DNA of 64,000 nt from Minisyncoccota bacterium (GTDB lineage Bacteria; Patescibacteriota; Minisyncoccia; Phycocordibacterales; UBA9973), in the NCBI GenBank assembly GCA_041659205.1, contig JBAZYS010000004.1, forward strand, positions 587 through 64,586, written 5' to 3'. The notes under the pieces were generated by a model. It did no database searches. It saw only the letters and a program-made list of their open reading frames with translations, and was not told the DNA's origin. Positions within the stretch are counted from its first letter, which is position 1; every line of letters begins with the position of its first letter. The translations under genes and the position numbers were made by a program. Of the stretch, positions 18,712-28,243 are shown piece after piece.

Positions 18712-19386
18712 CTACATCTTGATCTTCATTCCGAAGGCGATGTGCGTCTTTTTGTCTGTCATGTTGATTGGTAATGATACTTGAACCACGGGAGAGAACA
18801 CCACGCTGCGGTGTTTGAATTCGACACTCGCTTCGTAACGAAACGTGAATCCGCGCTCTTCCTTGAAGATGCCGGAGTCGCGCATGATCCAGATGTTCTG
18901 GACGAACTCCGTGTTCTCGTGGAATGCCCAGTTGTCGCTGAGCCCCGCACGAAGGAACGTCCCCGAATCACCAGTTGAATTTGTCGGCAGTATTGCGCTA
19001 CCCGCCACATACAACTCCAGAGAATGGTTTCCTTTCTTGAAGGGGTAAGTACATCGAAGGTCAACCTGCACGAGATTGGAGGAGCTGCCGCCAGCATGAG
19101 CGTAATATCCCACGTCCATGCTGAAGTTCTTGCTCTCCCAGCCGACGAGGTAATCAAGCTCTCGTCCTCCTTCAGTACCTGTTGACCCCCAGAGGCCGAT
19201 ATGGAAACCAAGGGGAAGACTCCTCCTCACCGACGTATACACAATCGGTTTGTCGTATGGCTGGTCTCCGTTTTCCACGACATACGAGGAAAAGCTTCCA
19301 AGCGTCACTGTCGTCTGCGCTCCAAGTGGAAGCGACGCCAGAACTGCAAGTAGTGCGATGAGCATTGCGTGAGTGATCATCCTCAT
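18712..19386 (-). CDS. secreted beta-strand-rich protein (putative outer-membrane beta-barrel-like) in a GC-rich (~50%) patch
   Basis: Signal peptide MRMITHAMLIALLAVLASLPLGA. Alternating hydrophobic pattern. C-terminal aromatic residue. Many overlapping shadow ORFs because of the high GC. Confidence 0.45.
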   Translation of the reverse strand: MRMITHAMLIALLAVLASLPLGAQTTVTLGSFSSYVVENGDQPYDKPIVYTSVRRSLPLGFHIGLWGSTGTEGGRELDYLVGWESKNFSMDVGYYAHAGGSSSNLVQVDLRCTYPFKKGNHSLELYVAGSAILPTNSTGDSGTFLRAGLSDNWAFHENTEFVQNIWIMRDSGIFKEERGFTFRYEASVEFKHRSVVFSPVVQVSLPINMTDKKTHIAFGMKIKM

Positions 19387-19523
19387 TTCGTGCCTTCCTT
19401 TCTGTTGGGTGGAATTGTGGTTGGAAAAACTTCAAAGTGAGCTAGGATCTTTTTGTTACAAGTATTTAAGGTGCTTAATCCTCTTTAGCAATAACATATT
19501 TATACAAAAAAGTCAATATCAAG

Positions 19524-19552
19524 TTGATAAATAATGTTTTTTAAGGTATTCT
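19524..19552 (+). promoter_or_regulatory. candidate sigma70-type promoter for tRNA-Gln
   Basis: TTGATA, 17-nt spacer, TATTCT, about 20 nt upstream of the tRNA 5' end. Confidence 0.3.
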
Positions 19553-19571
19553 GTAGAAGTTTTAAGAATAT

Positions 19572-19645
19572 TGGGAGATCGTCTAACGGTAGGACAGAGG
19601 CCTTTGAAGCCTTTAATCTAGGTTCGATTCCTAGTCTCCCAGCCA
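19572..19645 (+). tRNA. tRNA-Gln (anticodon UUG) with encoded CCA
   Basis: TGGGAGATCGTCTAACGGTAGGACAGAGGCCTTTGAAGCCTTTAATCTAGGTTCGATTCCTAGTCTCCCAGCCA. Anticodon loop CTTTGAA. T-loop TTCGATT. Confidence 0.85.
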
Positions 19646-19735
19646 AGTCGTGATAGGTTATCTCGCACGAGATGCGTAGAAACCAAACGATGCACTATTC
19701 AGTCAAAGCATACCTGCTGAGAGCAGTATTCAGAA

Positions 19736-19764
19736 CAAAAAAACACCCTAATCGGTGTTTTTTT
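19736..19764 (+). terminator. Rho-independent terminator downstream of tRNA-Gln
   Basis: A-run, ACACC-ctaatc-GGTGT hairpin, T6 run. Confidence 0.55.
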
Positions 19765-21853
19765 GTTTGGTCTGATTTATCTTTCGGAGAAACTCTGTAT
19801 ATGCTATATTAGATTTAATATGGATGAATTTTTGGCTAACCTTTTACCTGGAAATTATTGGATAACAAAATCCATGGAATTTTCAAAGACCAATACCAGT
19901 GGCACTCTATGGTATCTTAAAAAATGGTTTGTTTACTATTACTATATTTTCTTTAAAAAAACGATACACGAGAATGATTATTTAGAAATAATAGAAATTT
20001 TTGATAAATTTATAATATCGCTAGATTCACGTGTCCAGGATAAAGCCAGGGGATTTTTTTATGAAATAGATATAAGGGCAAATTTTACAAGAATGAATGC
20101 TTTTTGTGACACCAGCGGAACTGTCTTCCCATCAGCTCGAGAAGAAGCCCAATCCATGGTTGAAGCTAAAAAGTTTTATTTTATGTATGTTATGGGCATA
20201 GGAGGACAAAGTGGTTATAAAAAAGAAATATTAGAACTTATCCAAGCTGGCACCTCATACACTGAGATAAAAAAAGTTATGGTAGAAAAAATGGAAAGTG
20301 ATGGAATACAATCGAACGATATAAAAATTCAATTTTCAGATTTTCCCGCCGCTATTCGCAATGAGAGACAAATATTTTTTTACTATGGGTTATTTCATGG
20401 TAGCGACAAGAAAGATTTGTCTGGTTTCTATACTATGACTCGACTAGGTAGATCAATAATATCTGCAACATTCTATGAATTAATAATTATATGGGAACAT
20501 CAAAAATTAAAGATGATATCCCAAAATCCAGATACGAAAATTGATTTAGGTAGCCATACCGTTAATACAAATTTGAATTATCCTGCTTTTGGTATCCATT
20601 ACCATCCATATGTAGCACTGTTAAAGACTCTAACAAACTTACAAACAACCAGTAAAGAAATCTATCAATTTTATATTGCTAGACTAAAAAATTCTCACGA
20701 TTTGAATGTTCTTTCGGAAAAAGTTAAGACCACACCTGCAGCGATAGAAGATATAAAAACAAAAATTGCATCTTTTAACAGAAAGGGAGATTTAGCAACG
20801 GAAGATTTTCATAAAGAATTTAAAAAATATGTCTTGGGGATTAGTAGTCTACCTTTAGATAATAATACTAATTTGTTCTCTTTTCTTTCTGAAGATGGAC
20901 TTGAGGTTGAGGATAATCCAAAAATTAGTTTTGTAATTAAATGCTACGACATAATTGCTAAATACTTAGATTTAAAAAATTCAGATAACTATAAAAACTT
21001 TGAAGGTAGTTTAAGACAATATTATCTTGCGCAAGTTAATAAAACTCCTTTCGAATATGACCCAGAAATAACATATGAATGGCATAAATATATAATATCT
21101 CCCGAGACTGCAATTATTTTAAGTGTTATCTACATATACTGCGCGCTAAAAAATAATAAATATGGTTTTGATTTAAGTGAAGCAGAAATTAAAGCCAACT
21201 ATAAGGAATTCAAAAACCTTTTGGAAATCACGGGTATTGGTAAGCAAAGTGATTTTATAGAAAACATACAACGAATTCAATCAGAACTCTCAGAAGGATC
21301 ATTGATGATGGCTTACGATACAGAGGAAGAGGAAATTCCTACTGTGTTTGATGAACTGGTTGATGAAAGCAAACTTGCTGAAATTTCAAAACGTACTAGT
21401 GCATTTAATGTTACCAGAAAAAGAAGTTCTGAAGTCATAAATGCTGTCAGAAGTTATTATCGAAAAAACTTTGAGCTTCCACCGGATAATCTTATTAAGT
21501 GTGATGCTTGTAGTGAGAAAACTTTTATGACAAAAGGTCAGTATGCTTATCTGGAATTTCATCATTTCATTCCTTTCTCTACTGATAATGGTCCGGATCA
21601 TTATCTAAATTTAGTTGGAATCTGTCCAATTTGTCACCGAAAATTCCATCATGCCACTAAAGATGTTAGGAAGGCTCTTTATGAAAACCTGTCAACAAAC
21701 AATAATATGAGAAAAACTCTAGATTTTCGTGTAAATAAATTATACGAGGAACGTGTACTCGAGCCATTAAATATTGAATTTCTCAGAAAGGAAAATATCA
21801 TCTCAAGGGAGAAATACGAAACTTACATGAATCAAGAAATTGTTGTTAGTTAA
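19763..21853 (+). CDS. large protein with a C-terminal HNH endonuclease domain (probable restriction endonuclease of the adjacent R-M module; likely true start is ATG 19820)
   Basis: C-terminal CDACSEK...EFHHFIPFS...NLVGICPICHRKFHH is the CxxC...HH...CxxC-H HNH/beta-beta-alpha-Me motif. Converges on and overlaps the MTase operon by 8 nt. Confidence 0.65.
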   Translation: MFGLIYLSEKLCICYIRFNMDEFLANLLPGNYWITKSMEFSKTNTSGTLWYLKKWFVYYYYIFFKKTIHENDYLEIIEIFDKFIISLDSRVQDKARGFFYEIDIRANFTRMNAFCDTSGTVFPSAREEAQSMVEAKKFYFMYVMGIGGQSGYKKEILELIQAGTSYTEIKKVMVEKMESDGIQSNDIKIQFSDFPAAIRNERQIFFYYGLFHGSDKKDLSGFYTMTRLGRSIISATFYELIIIWEHQKLKMISQNPDTKIDLGSHTVNTNLNYPAFGIHYHPYVALLKTLTNLQTTSKEIYQFYIARLKNSHDLNVLSEKVKTTPAAIEDIKTKIASFNRKGDLATEDFHKEFKKYVLGISSLPLDNNTNLFSFLSEDGLEVEDNPKISFVIKCYDIIAKYLDLKNSDNYKNFEGSLRQYYLAQVNKTPFEYDPEITYEWHKYIISPETAIILSVIYIYCALKNNKYGFDLSEAEIKANYKEFKNLLEITGIGKQSDFIENIQRIQSELSEGSLMMAYDTEEEEIPTVFDELVDESKLAEISKRTSAFNVTRKRSSEVINAVRSYYRKNFELPPDNLIKCDACSEKTFMTKGQYAYLEFHHFIPFSTDNGPDHYLNLVGICPICHRKFHHATKDVRKALYENLSTNNNMRKTLDFRVNKLYEERVLEPLNIEFLRKENIISREKYETYMNQEIVVS

Positions 21854-22589
21854 CTATTTTTATTTTTAAGTCTTTTGGCTTTGTTTCTATTGTAGTTTTT
21901 ATATAGGCTGGATTTATTTCATACCCTATGCAATTTCTTCCAGTTTTATAAGATGCAAAAAGAGTAGACCCTGATCCTAAAAATGGATCTAAAACCATGT
22001 CACCTTTTTTAGTAAAAAGATTGATACCTCGTTCGGCTAATGCAACAGGATAAAAAGCAGGATGAGGATGTTTTGATAAAATTGATCCGGCATTTTTTAC
22101 TATATGCCAAGAATTTATATCTTTTAACTGATCATTTTTGTAGTCATTATAGGTGTAATCTTTATTTAGTATAAGTTTTCCTTTTGAGGCAATAATAATA
22201 TATTCAAAACGATCTGTGAGTTTACTTTTTTGAGTTGGAACACCACTAGATTTATGCCAAATATTCATTTTGAAATTTTTAAACCCAATTTTTTTAAGTT
22301 GTTCGTAAAAATCAATATGTATAGGGTAATAATGATTCTGCACCGTTCTAGAGTTTATATTTATTGCAATAACTCCGTCTTTCTCTAAGACTCTAAAACA
22401 TTCTTTCCAAACCTTATTTAAATCATCAAGATATTTATTATAGGTTTGTTTATACCCAATTTGATCTTTAATTTCATAATCTTTTAAATCCCAATATGGA
22501 GGCGAAGTGAACACCAATTTAACAGAATGGTCCTTTAAATTAGACATTTTTAAACAAGATTTATTATATATGGTGTAGTTCTCCTTCAT
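21846..22589 (-). CDS. DNA methyltransferase, beta-class (N6-adenine or N4-cytosine)
   Basis: Motif IV TSPPYW near the N-terminus and motif I DPFLGSGST near the C-terminus. Confidence 0.85.
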   Translation of the reverse strand: MKENYTIYNKSCLKMSNLKDHSVKLVFTSPPYWDLKDYEIKDQIGYKQTYNKYLDDLNKVWKECFRVLEKDGVIAININSRTVQNHYYPIHIDFYEQLKKIGFKNFKMNIWHKSSGVPTQKSKLTDRFEYIIIASKGKLILNKDYTYNDYKNDQLKDINSWHIVKNAGSILSKHPHPAFYPVALAERGINLFTKKGDMVLDPFLGSGSTLFASYKTGRNCIGYEINPAYIKTTIETKPKDLKIKIVN

Positions 22590-23142
22590 CGATTTTTTTA
22601 AAATTATTACTGATACAAAGTAGTGTGTATTTTTTGTTTTTTATAGATGACAATTTAATTCTTTTTAATAATTCTTCTGGTGTTAAAATCTCATGCCCTA
22701 TAGTATTAGCTTTCCCATCATCAATTATTTTGATCCAAACAGTTCCTGGGTCCTTGCCTAATATGTTGTAATTCTTTGCTCGTTTACCCCATTCTACATC
22801 TTTCCATATATGTTTTTCTCTTATAGGATCCTTATTGAAAAAGTAATTTTCACCTAAATAAGCTCCAATTATAATATATATCTCTTTTGTTGGGGTTTTC
22901 TTATCTAACGTAAACGGATATATCCACGAAATTCTAAAGGCATGTTTAAAATATTTATTTATGAACGGCTCGAAAGTGAAGATATCTGAAGATTTCATAA
23001 TAAACCAAAATAAAGAATCTGGTGAAAAATTATAGTCCAGTTCTTTTGGATTTATGAATTTTTTTGAATTAGTTAAATCAATAACAGCAGATCCTATTAT
23101 TTTTTTATTTTCTTTTATCTTTTTCATCTTTGACATCATCAA
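22564..23142 (-). CDS. hypothetical protein sandwiched between two methyltransferases (possible R-M specificity/control or nuclease component)
   Basis: Translationally coupled (overlaps both flanking MTase genes). No recognised motifs. Confidence 0.35.
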   Translation of the reverse strand: MMMSKMKKIKENKKIIGSAVIDLTNSKKFINPKELDYNFSPDSLFWFIMKSSDIFTFEPFINKYFKHAFRISWIYPFTLDKKTPTKEIYIIIGAYLGENYFFNKDPIREKHIWKDVEWGKRAKNYNILGKDPGTVWIKIIDDGKANTIGHEILTPEELLKRIKLSSIKNKKYTLLCISNNFKKIDEGELHHI

Positions 23143-23998
23143 TTCTTTTCTGAGACACCTTACAATAATCTAAGTCAAGATCTATACCAATGAAATTTCT
23201 TTTTAATTCTCTACTAACTTTTGCAGTTGTTCCACTGCCTAAGAAGATATCTACCACCATATCTCCCTTATTTGATGAAGCTTTAATTATTCTCTCGATT
23301 AATTTTTCTGGGAATTGGCATGGGTGAATAGTTTTTTCGTTGCTAACATTAACAACTCTATCAATATACAAGAAATTATCACTTAGATCAGACTGACTTC
23401 TTTCATTGTCTTTTTTAACTTGTTCAATAAAATATTTTATTTCTTCTGGTTTTAAATCTTTACTTTTAAATTCCCAAACATCTGTTGGGTTTTTACCTTT
23501 TGGATTTACTCTTGGATCATTTTGCCACTTTGCTGGAATACGAATATCATCTAAATTAAATTTGTAATTGTCTTTATCTTTTACAAACCAAAGTATGTTT
23601 TCATATCTACCTGATAATCTGTTTTTGGTATTAATTCCACCTTCAAAATGCCAAATTATCCAATTTTTTAAATAAAATCCTGCATCTTTAAAAATCTTGT
23701 AATAAATTGCTCCTAATGGAATTATTTCATTATCAAGTGGTGTTTGTGCGACATTCCAAAAGACTGAGCCGTTTGATGCCAATTTATCATAGAGTAAATT
23801 TACTGTTTTCGTATGATATTCAAGATAGTCTGCAAAAGATTTATCTATTTCGTATTTTTTACCTACGAAGTACCCAGGACTTGTAACCATTAAATCAATA
23901 GAATTATCATTAAAATCAGCAAGGGCTAAATTTGTATCACTATTAATTATATAATCTTTTTTACCTTTTATATATTTTTTTGTTATTGAAGTTTTCAT
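23105..23998 (-). CDS. DNA methyltransferase, beta-class (second MTase of the module)
   Basis: Motif IV-like TSPGYF near the N-terminus and motif I DIFLGSGTT near the C-terminus. Confidence 0.8.
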   Translation of the reverse strand: MKTSITKKYIKGKKDYIINSDTNLALADFNDNSIDLMVTSPGYFVGKKYEIDKSFADYLEYHTKTVNLLYDKLASNGSVFWNVAQTPLDNEIIPLGAIYYKIFKDAGFYLKNWIIWHFEGGINTKNRLSGRYENILWFVKDKDNYKFNLDDIRIPAKWQNDPRVNPKGKNPTDVWEFKSKDLKPEEIKYFIEQVKKDNERSQSDLSDNFLYIDRVVNVSNEKTIHPCQFPEKLIERIIKASSNKGDMVVDIFLGSGTTAKVSRELKRNFIGIDLDLDYCKVSQKRIDDVKDEKDKRK

Positions 23999-24095
23999 CT
24001 GTTGCCTGTTAGTATATATAATACATTAATTTACTAGCATTTCCTATCTTTACAAAACTGTCTTTTTGTATGAAATAATACATAATGTCATTTTT

Positions 24096-25415
24096 CTATA
24101 ATAATCCAATCTCCTTATCTTTTAATACTATTTTACTCTTTAGACATCCTAGCAATTCACGTTTTTCAACACCTTGCCCCTCTTTCAATATGTACTTTGC
24201 ATAATTTCGTATATCGATATCTTTAACCTCAATTTTATCTTTGATTCCAAGAACTGATCTTTGAAACTTTTTTATCCTTTCAACTTCTGTTTTAATTTTT
24301 TCTTTTATACCTATTTCATTAATATCTATTTTTTCTATCAATTCTTCAAACTGCTTAACTAGATCAATTTCATTAATATAGCCACATTTGCAATCTCTAT
24401 CTTTAGATTTGTTGCAACCATAATAAACATGTCGGTGTACATTACCATTCTTTTGTTTCTTAAACTTTTCATCTGGGGTTATGCCTGATCCACATAGTCC
24501 ACAAGTCATTAACTTGGTGAAAGCAAATTCCTTACCCTCTGACCTAACAAACTGACTTTTGATTTGTGCTTGTACTTCATTAAACAATTCCTTAGTTATG
24601 ATTGGTTCATGTTTTCCTGTGTACCAGTTACCACTTTTAACTGGATACTCAAATACTCCATAATAGAAGTGGTTTTGAAGAATCATATAAATATTACCTA
24701 AACTTAGATTTTTGTTTCCACTAGCAGTTTTGAAATTTAGATCAAACTTAAGCCATTGATATATCTTTCTTCCACTCCATTTTTCATAAGCAACTTTTTC
24801 AAACATCTTTTTAATAATAGGTGCTCTATCAGGATCAATAATAGCCTGACACTTTCTATCAACTCTTTTTTCTTTTAAATAGCCGGTAGGAGCAGGTCCA
24901 GGCCATAATCCCATCTCCACTCTTGTTCTTAGACCTCGTTTAACATTGATACTTTTATTATCGTTTTCTAATTTTGCTTGAGAACATAAAATCATTAAAA
25001 GAAATTTTTCACTTGGTGTGTTTGTGAATGATTGTCCGAAAGTTCTTATCTCAACTAATAATTTCTGATCCATTAGATCAACTATTGATCCTAAATCACC
25101 AGCATTTCTTGAAAGACGATCAGGATGCCACACAAGTATTCCATTAAATCTTTCTCTTTTTATATCTTCCAATATCTCTTTATATACTGGTCGCTGTCCT
25201 GAATCTTTAGCTGAATGTGCCTCTCTTCTAACATCTACGATGTTAAGATTTTCTCTATCTGCTATAGCCAACATTTCTTTAACCTGAGAATCAATTGAAA
25301 GAGCTTGTTTCTCATCTGATTCAGTTGACTTTCTAGCATATAAAACATAATTAATTTTTACTGTCGGAATAATAGCTCTTGTGCCAATTAGTCCAAAATT
25401 TGTTTGTGTCTCCAT
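24096..25415 (-). CDS. large serine recombinase (resolvase/invertase catalytic domain plus recombinase and zinc-ribbon domains)
   Basis: N-terminal YARKSTESDEKQALSIDSQ (catalytic Ser region), then ...HPDRLSRN. C-terminal Cys cluster (CGLCGSG...CNKSKDRDCKC). Confidence 0.85.
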   Translation of the reverse strand: METQTNFGLIGTRAIIPTVKINYVLYARKSTESDEKQALSIDSQVKEMLAIADRENLNIVDVRREAHSAKDSGQRPVYKEILEDIKRERFNGILVWHPDRLSRNAGDLGSIVDLMDQKLLVEIRTFGQSFTNTPSEKFLLMILCSQAKLENDNKSINVKRGLRTRVEMGLWPGPAPTGYLKEKRVDRKCQAIIDPDRAPIIKKMFEKVAYEKWSGRKIYQWLKFDLNFKTASGNKNLSLGNIYMILQNHFYYGVFEYPVKSGNWYTGKHEPIITKELFNEVQAQIKSQFVRSEGKEFAFTKLMTCGLCGSGITPDEKFKKQKNGNVHRHVYYGCNKSKDRDCKCGYINEIDLVKQFEELIEKIDINEIGIKEKIKTEVERIKKFQRSVLGIKDKIEVKDIDIRNYAKYILKEGQGVEKRELLGCLKSKIVLKDKEIGLL

Positions 25416-25419
25416 ACCT

Positions 25420-25750
25420 CATGATGTCAGAGAAAGGGTCTTTTGCTAAGACTCGCTTGTTGGCAACTTGTTGGTAACTTTCCTCTGTGATTTAAAGGTT
25501 CTGCGATAGGATGGGCTTGGAATAATAGGGTCGAAAGTGGTATTATTCATTTACAAGTAAATAAGTAGTAGCCTAAACCTTTGGAAACAAAGGCATGGCG
25601 AAGAAGTCGATCAAGCGTAAAGAACCTATCATATAGGGTCGCTTGATCGCCATATTGGGAAACCAGTATGAGTACCGCAAGGTACTACCTATGTGGTAGG
25701 CTTTTTGCGTCTTACCCTAGGATTTTATAAATAAAACGCAACAAAAAAAT
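25420..25750. other. GC-rich structured non-coding region upstream of the serine recombinase gene (candidate recombination site or regulatory RNA)
   Basis: No ORF. Several perfect hairpins (TCGATCAAGCG/CGCTTGATCG 10 bp, GTACCgcaaGGTAC, GGTCTTttgctaAGACT). Confidence 0.3.
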
Positions 25751-25753
25751 ACC

Positions 25754-26233
25754 ATGAGCGATCAAGCTGGTAAAAAATTGTGTCCGCATTGCAAGCAGGA
25801 AGTAGATATAAAAGCGAGTCGATGTCCACATTGTCAGGGGAAGATATATGTTTGGACATGGAGTAAAAAGTTAATAGCAGGATTTATTGTCTTTATATTC
25901 TTAAGTGTCATTTTCTCTAGCGGATCAAGTAGATCAAGTACCCCTGTTACTACTCAACAAGGTCCTAGTAATGTAGAAGTATGTGTTGAATCAGAACATA
26001 TCCTTGAAGGATTTTTGAAATCACCATCAACTGCAAAATATCCAACATGTAATAGCATTACTATCGAAAGATTAGCCAATGATCAATTCAATGTCAGATC
26101 ATATGTTGACTCTCAAAATGGATTCGGGGCTATGGTGAGAAGTAACTGGTCAGTTAAGTATCATTACACAGACAGTGGAACACGAACACAATTAGATTCA
26201 GTTGTAATTGATGGGAAAGAAATGTATAAGTAA
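25754..26233 (+). CDS. zinc-ribbon/TM-anchored hypothetical protein
   Basis: CPHCKQ...CPHCQG ribbon, one TM, Ser-rich linker. Confidence 0.4.
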   Translation: MSDQAGKKLCPHCKQEVDIKASRCPHCQGKIYVWTWSKKLIAGFIVFIFLSVIFSSGSSRSSTPVTTQQGPSNVEVCVESEHILEGFLKSPSTAKYPTCNSITIERLANDQFNVRSYVDSQNGFGAMVRSNWSVKYHYTDSGTRTQLDSVVIDGKEMYK

Positions 26234-26235
26234 AT

Positions 26236-26676
26236 TTATTTCTTTTTCTTTTTGGTTGGTTTAACATCTTTCTGTTTTTCTTCATTGGCAGGTTTCTTAA
26301 ACCATTTATCTTGGAATTTTTTTAGCCTTTCTGCTCCAAGTTTTACCTTACGATCATATTCTTCTTTTGTCTCGCGTTCATTATGTATATGAATATGAGG
26401 TCTTCTAAATTCAGGATGCCTACAGGCTAACCAAAACTTGGTATAACCAGGATCCTTATTTTGGATTCCACCAAGCACATTACTCTCCGCAAAATCATTG
26501 ACTAAACGGATACCCATTCCCATGGCTTCTTCAACAAGCCCCCTAAATTCAAAGTCTTCATTCATCCAACGATAGAAAGTATTTCTAGATATACCAACCT
26601 TTTCGCATACGACAGAAATTATTGGAGTCTTCTCTAATTCCTCTATGAATTTTTTCTTTACACTAGCGTTCTTCAT
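26236..26676 (-). CDS. HTH protein resembling a phage terminase small subunit
   Basis: N-terminal HTH (VCEKVGISRNTFYRWMNED), FWLACRHPEF motif, Lys-rich tail. Confidence 0.45.
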   Translation of the reverse strand: MKNASVKKKFIEELEKTPIISVVCEKVGISRNTFYRWMNEDFEFRGLVEEAMGMGIRLVNDFAESNVLGGIQNKDPGYTKFWLACRHPEFRRPHIHIHNERETKEEYDRKVKLGAERLKKFQDKWFKKPANEEKQKDVKPTKKKKK

Positions 26677-27931
26677 AGTGTTCTATGATCGCTTTGCGAC
26701 CTGTTAGTTTCTCGTATCTGTGGATGATTAAGTCGCAAAATTGTGGTTCTAGTTCACATCCATATACTCTTCGACTAAGAGCTTCTCCTGCGATAATAGT
26801 GCTACCTGATCCCAAGAAACTATCTAAGATTATGTCATCAACCTTGGTGCATCTTTTGATAGCTTTTTCGTAAAGTTGTGGAGGCTTGCTGGTCGCATGT
26901 GTATATTCTTTGGCTGGGAGTCGCTTAACTGCCCATATGTCCGATATTTGCTCAAGTAGATTATTCCCCGTACCCATTTCTTTGTTCATCACTTCGTTTA
27001 GATTTGTAACTGTTTCGGCTAAGTATGGTTTACCACGAATACCATACACTGCCGGTTCGTAATTTTTATTGAACGCTACAGAAGGTACGGGATTTTGCGA
27101 ATTTTTTAGCCAAATTGCCACTCGCTTATTGTTAATGCCGAGCGAACGATAAATGTCTTGGACTACACCGATATAAATTTGATCGCAAAAATAAAACACG
27201 TGAGTGTCGCTATGTGATACTGCAAGTGCACATTCAAGACTATCCTTTAAGAATTTTTTATATTCCTCAAACGTACGATGATCATTTACTTGACCACCAT
27301 ATGATTGATTTCCACCCAAACCACTATCATAATTTACATCCAGATTATACACGGAGTCGCTAAAAATCATTGATGCTTTTTCTTGTCCAAGTAATCGTTT
27401 TAGATTTTCTTGTTTTGTGGAATCTCCACACAATAACCTATGCTTGCCCAAAACTATAATATCGCCAAGCTTTGTTATTGGTTTCTTAATTTTCTTTAAT
27501 TCTTTTTCGATTTCAAAATTATCATCAATGACTTCTTTTTCCTTATCCCAAATTTTTGTGAGATTGATTTCATCAAACCCAGAATCAATGAGAACATCAA
27601 ACTTAAATGATTTTAGGGACTGGAAATCCCATTCGCCATCATTCAAGTTGCTTTCTAGAGCTATTTTTGTTCTTTCATCTTTTGTGAGGCTACGACTTGG
27701 CACTAAAACATTTACTTTTTTTACTCCAAGTTGCTGAAGAACAACTTTTCGCTGATTTCCAGAGAGTATCGTATTATCTGTATCAATCACGATTACATCA
27801 TGAAAACCACGTTGTATTATTCTTTCTTTCAACTTTTCTAAACCCAACTTTGTTATCTTTCTTGGATTGTCTTTCCAGACTAATAAATTTTCGACATCCC
27901 TCACTTCTGTAAACCATTGTAATTTTTGCAT
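26663..27931 (-). CDS. ParB-like nuclease domain fused to a DNA methyltransferase (phage-type orphan MTase)
   Basis: N-terminal ParB/Sulfiredoxin-like region (VWKDNPRKI...ILSGNQRK). C-terminal MTase motif I ILDSFLGSGSTIIAGE. Confidence 0.8.
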   Translation of the reverse strand: MQKLQWFTEVRDVENLLVWKDNPRKITKLGLEKLKERIIQRGFHDVIVIDTDNTILSGNQRKVVLQQLGVKKVNVLVPSRSLTKDERTKIALESNLNDGEWDFQSLKSFKFDVLIDSGFDEINLTKIWDKEKEVIDDNFEIEKELKKIKKPITKLGDIIVLGKHRLLCGDSTKQENLKRLLGQEKASMIFSDSVYNLDVNYDSGLGGNQSYGGQVNDHRTFEEYKKFLKDSLECALAVSHSDTHVFYFCDQIYIGVVQDIYRSLGINNKRVAIWLKNSQNPVPSVAFNKNYEPAVYGIRGKPYLAETVTNLNEVMNKEMGTGNNLLEQISDIWAVKRLPAKEYTHATSKPPQLYEKAIKRCTKVDDIILDSFLGSGSTIIAGEALSRRVYGCELEPQFCDLIIHRYEKLTGRKAIIEHYEER

Positions 27932-28243
27932 AGATTTTTTCTATAAAAAGTTACTTAATAATTTTCCATAATTTTTAAGATTCTCTCGACAGAAAATCTA
28001 TGCTTGTTACCAGGGATTTATCTAGTTACCCGCTAAAACTTTATCAAATAAGTGCACAACTATGTGTTGTCTATGAATAGAAAAAAGAAGATCTCCGTAA
28101 AAACCCTTATATTAATAAGGGTAAATTTGTAATATAGAAAAATATTTTAAATTTATATTTTTTAGAAAGGCTGGCAGTGAGGGTATGCCAAAAATAGTGG
28201 ATACAATTTACTGGTCCGCTTTATAAAAATATTATTAGTTAGG

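Noticed and set aside
18759-19435. Four additional ORFs (18759..19211 -, 18781..18978 +, 18845..19048 +, 19172..19435 -) overlapping the 18712..19386 gene
   Set aside because: These are shadow frames in a GC-rich segment. Only the 18712..19386 frame has a signal peptide and coherent start and terminator context.
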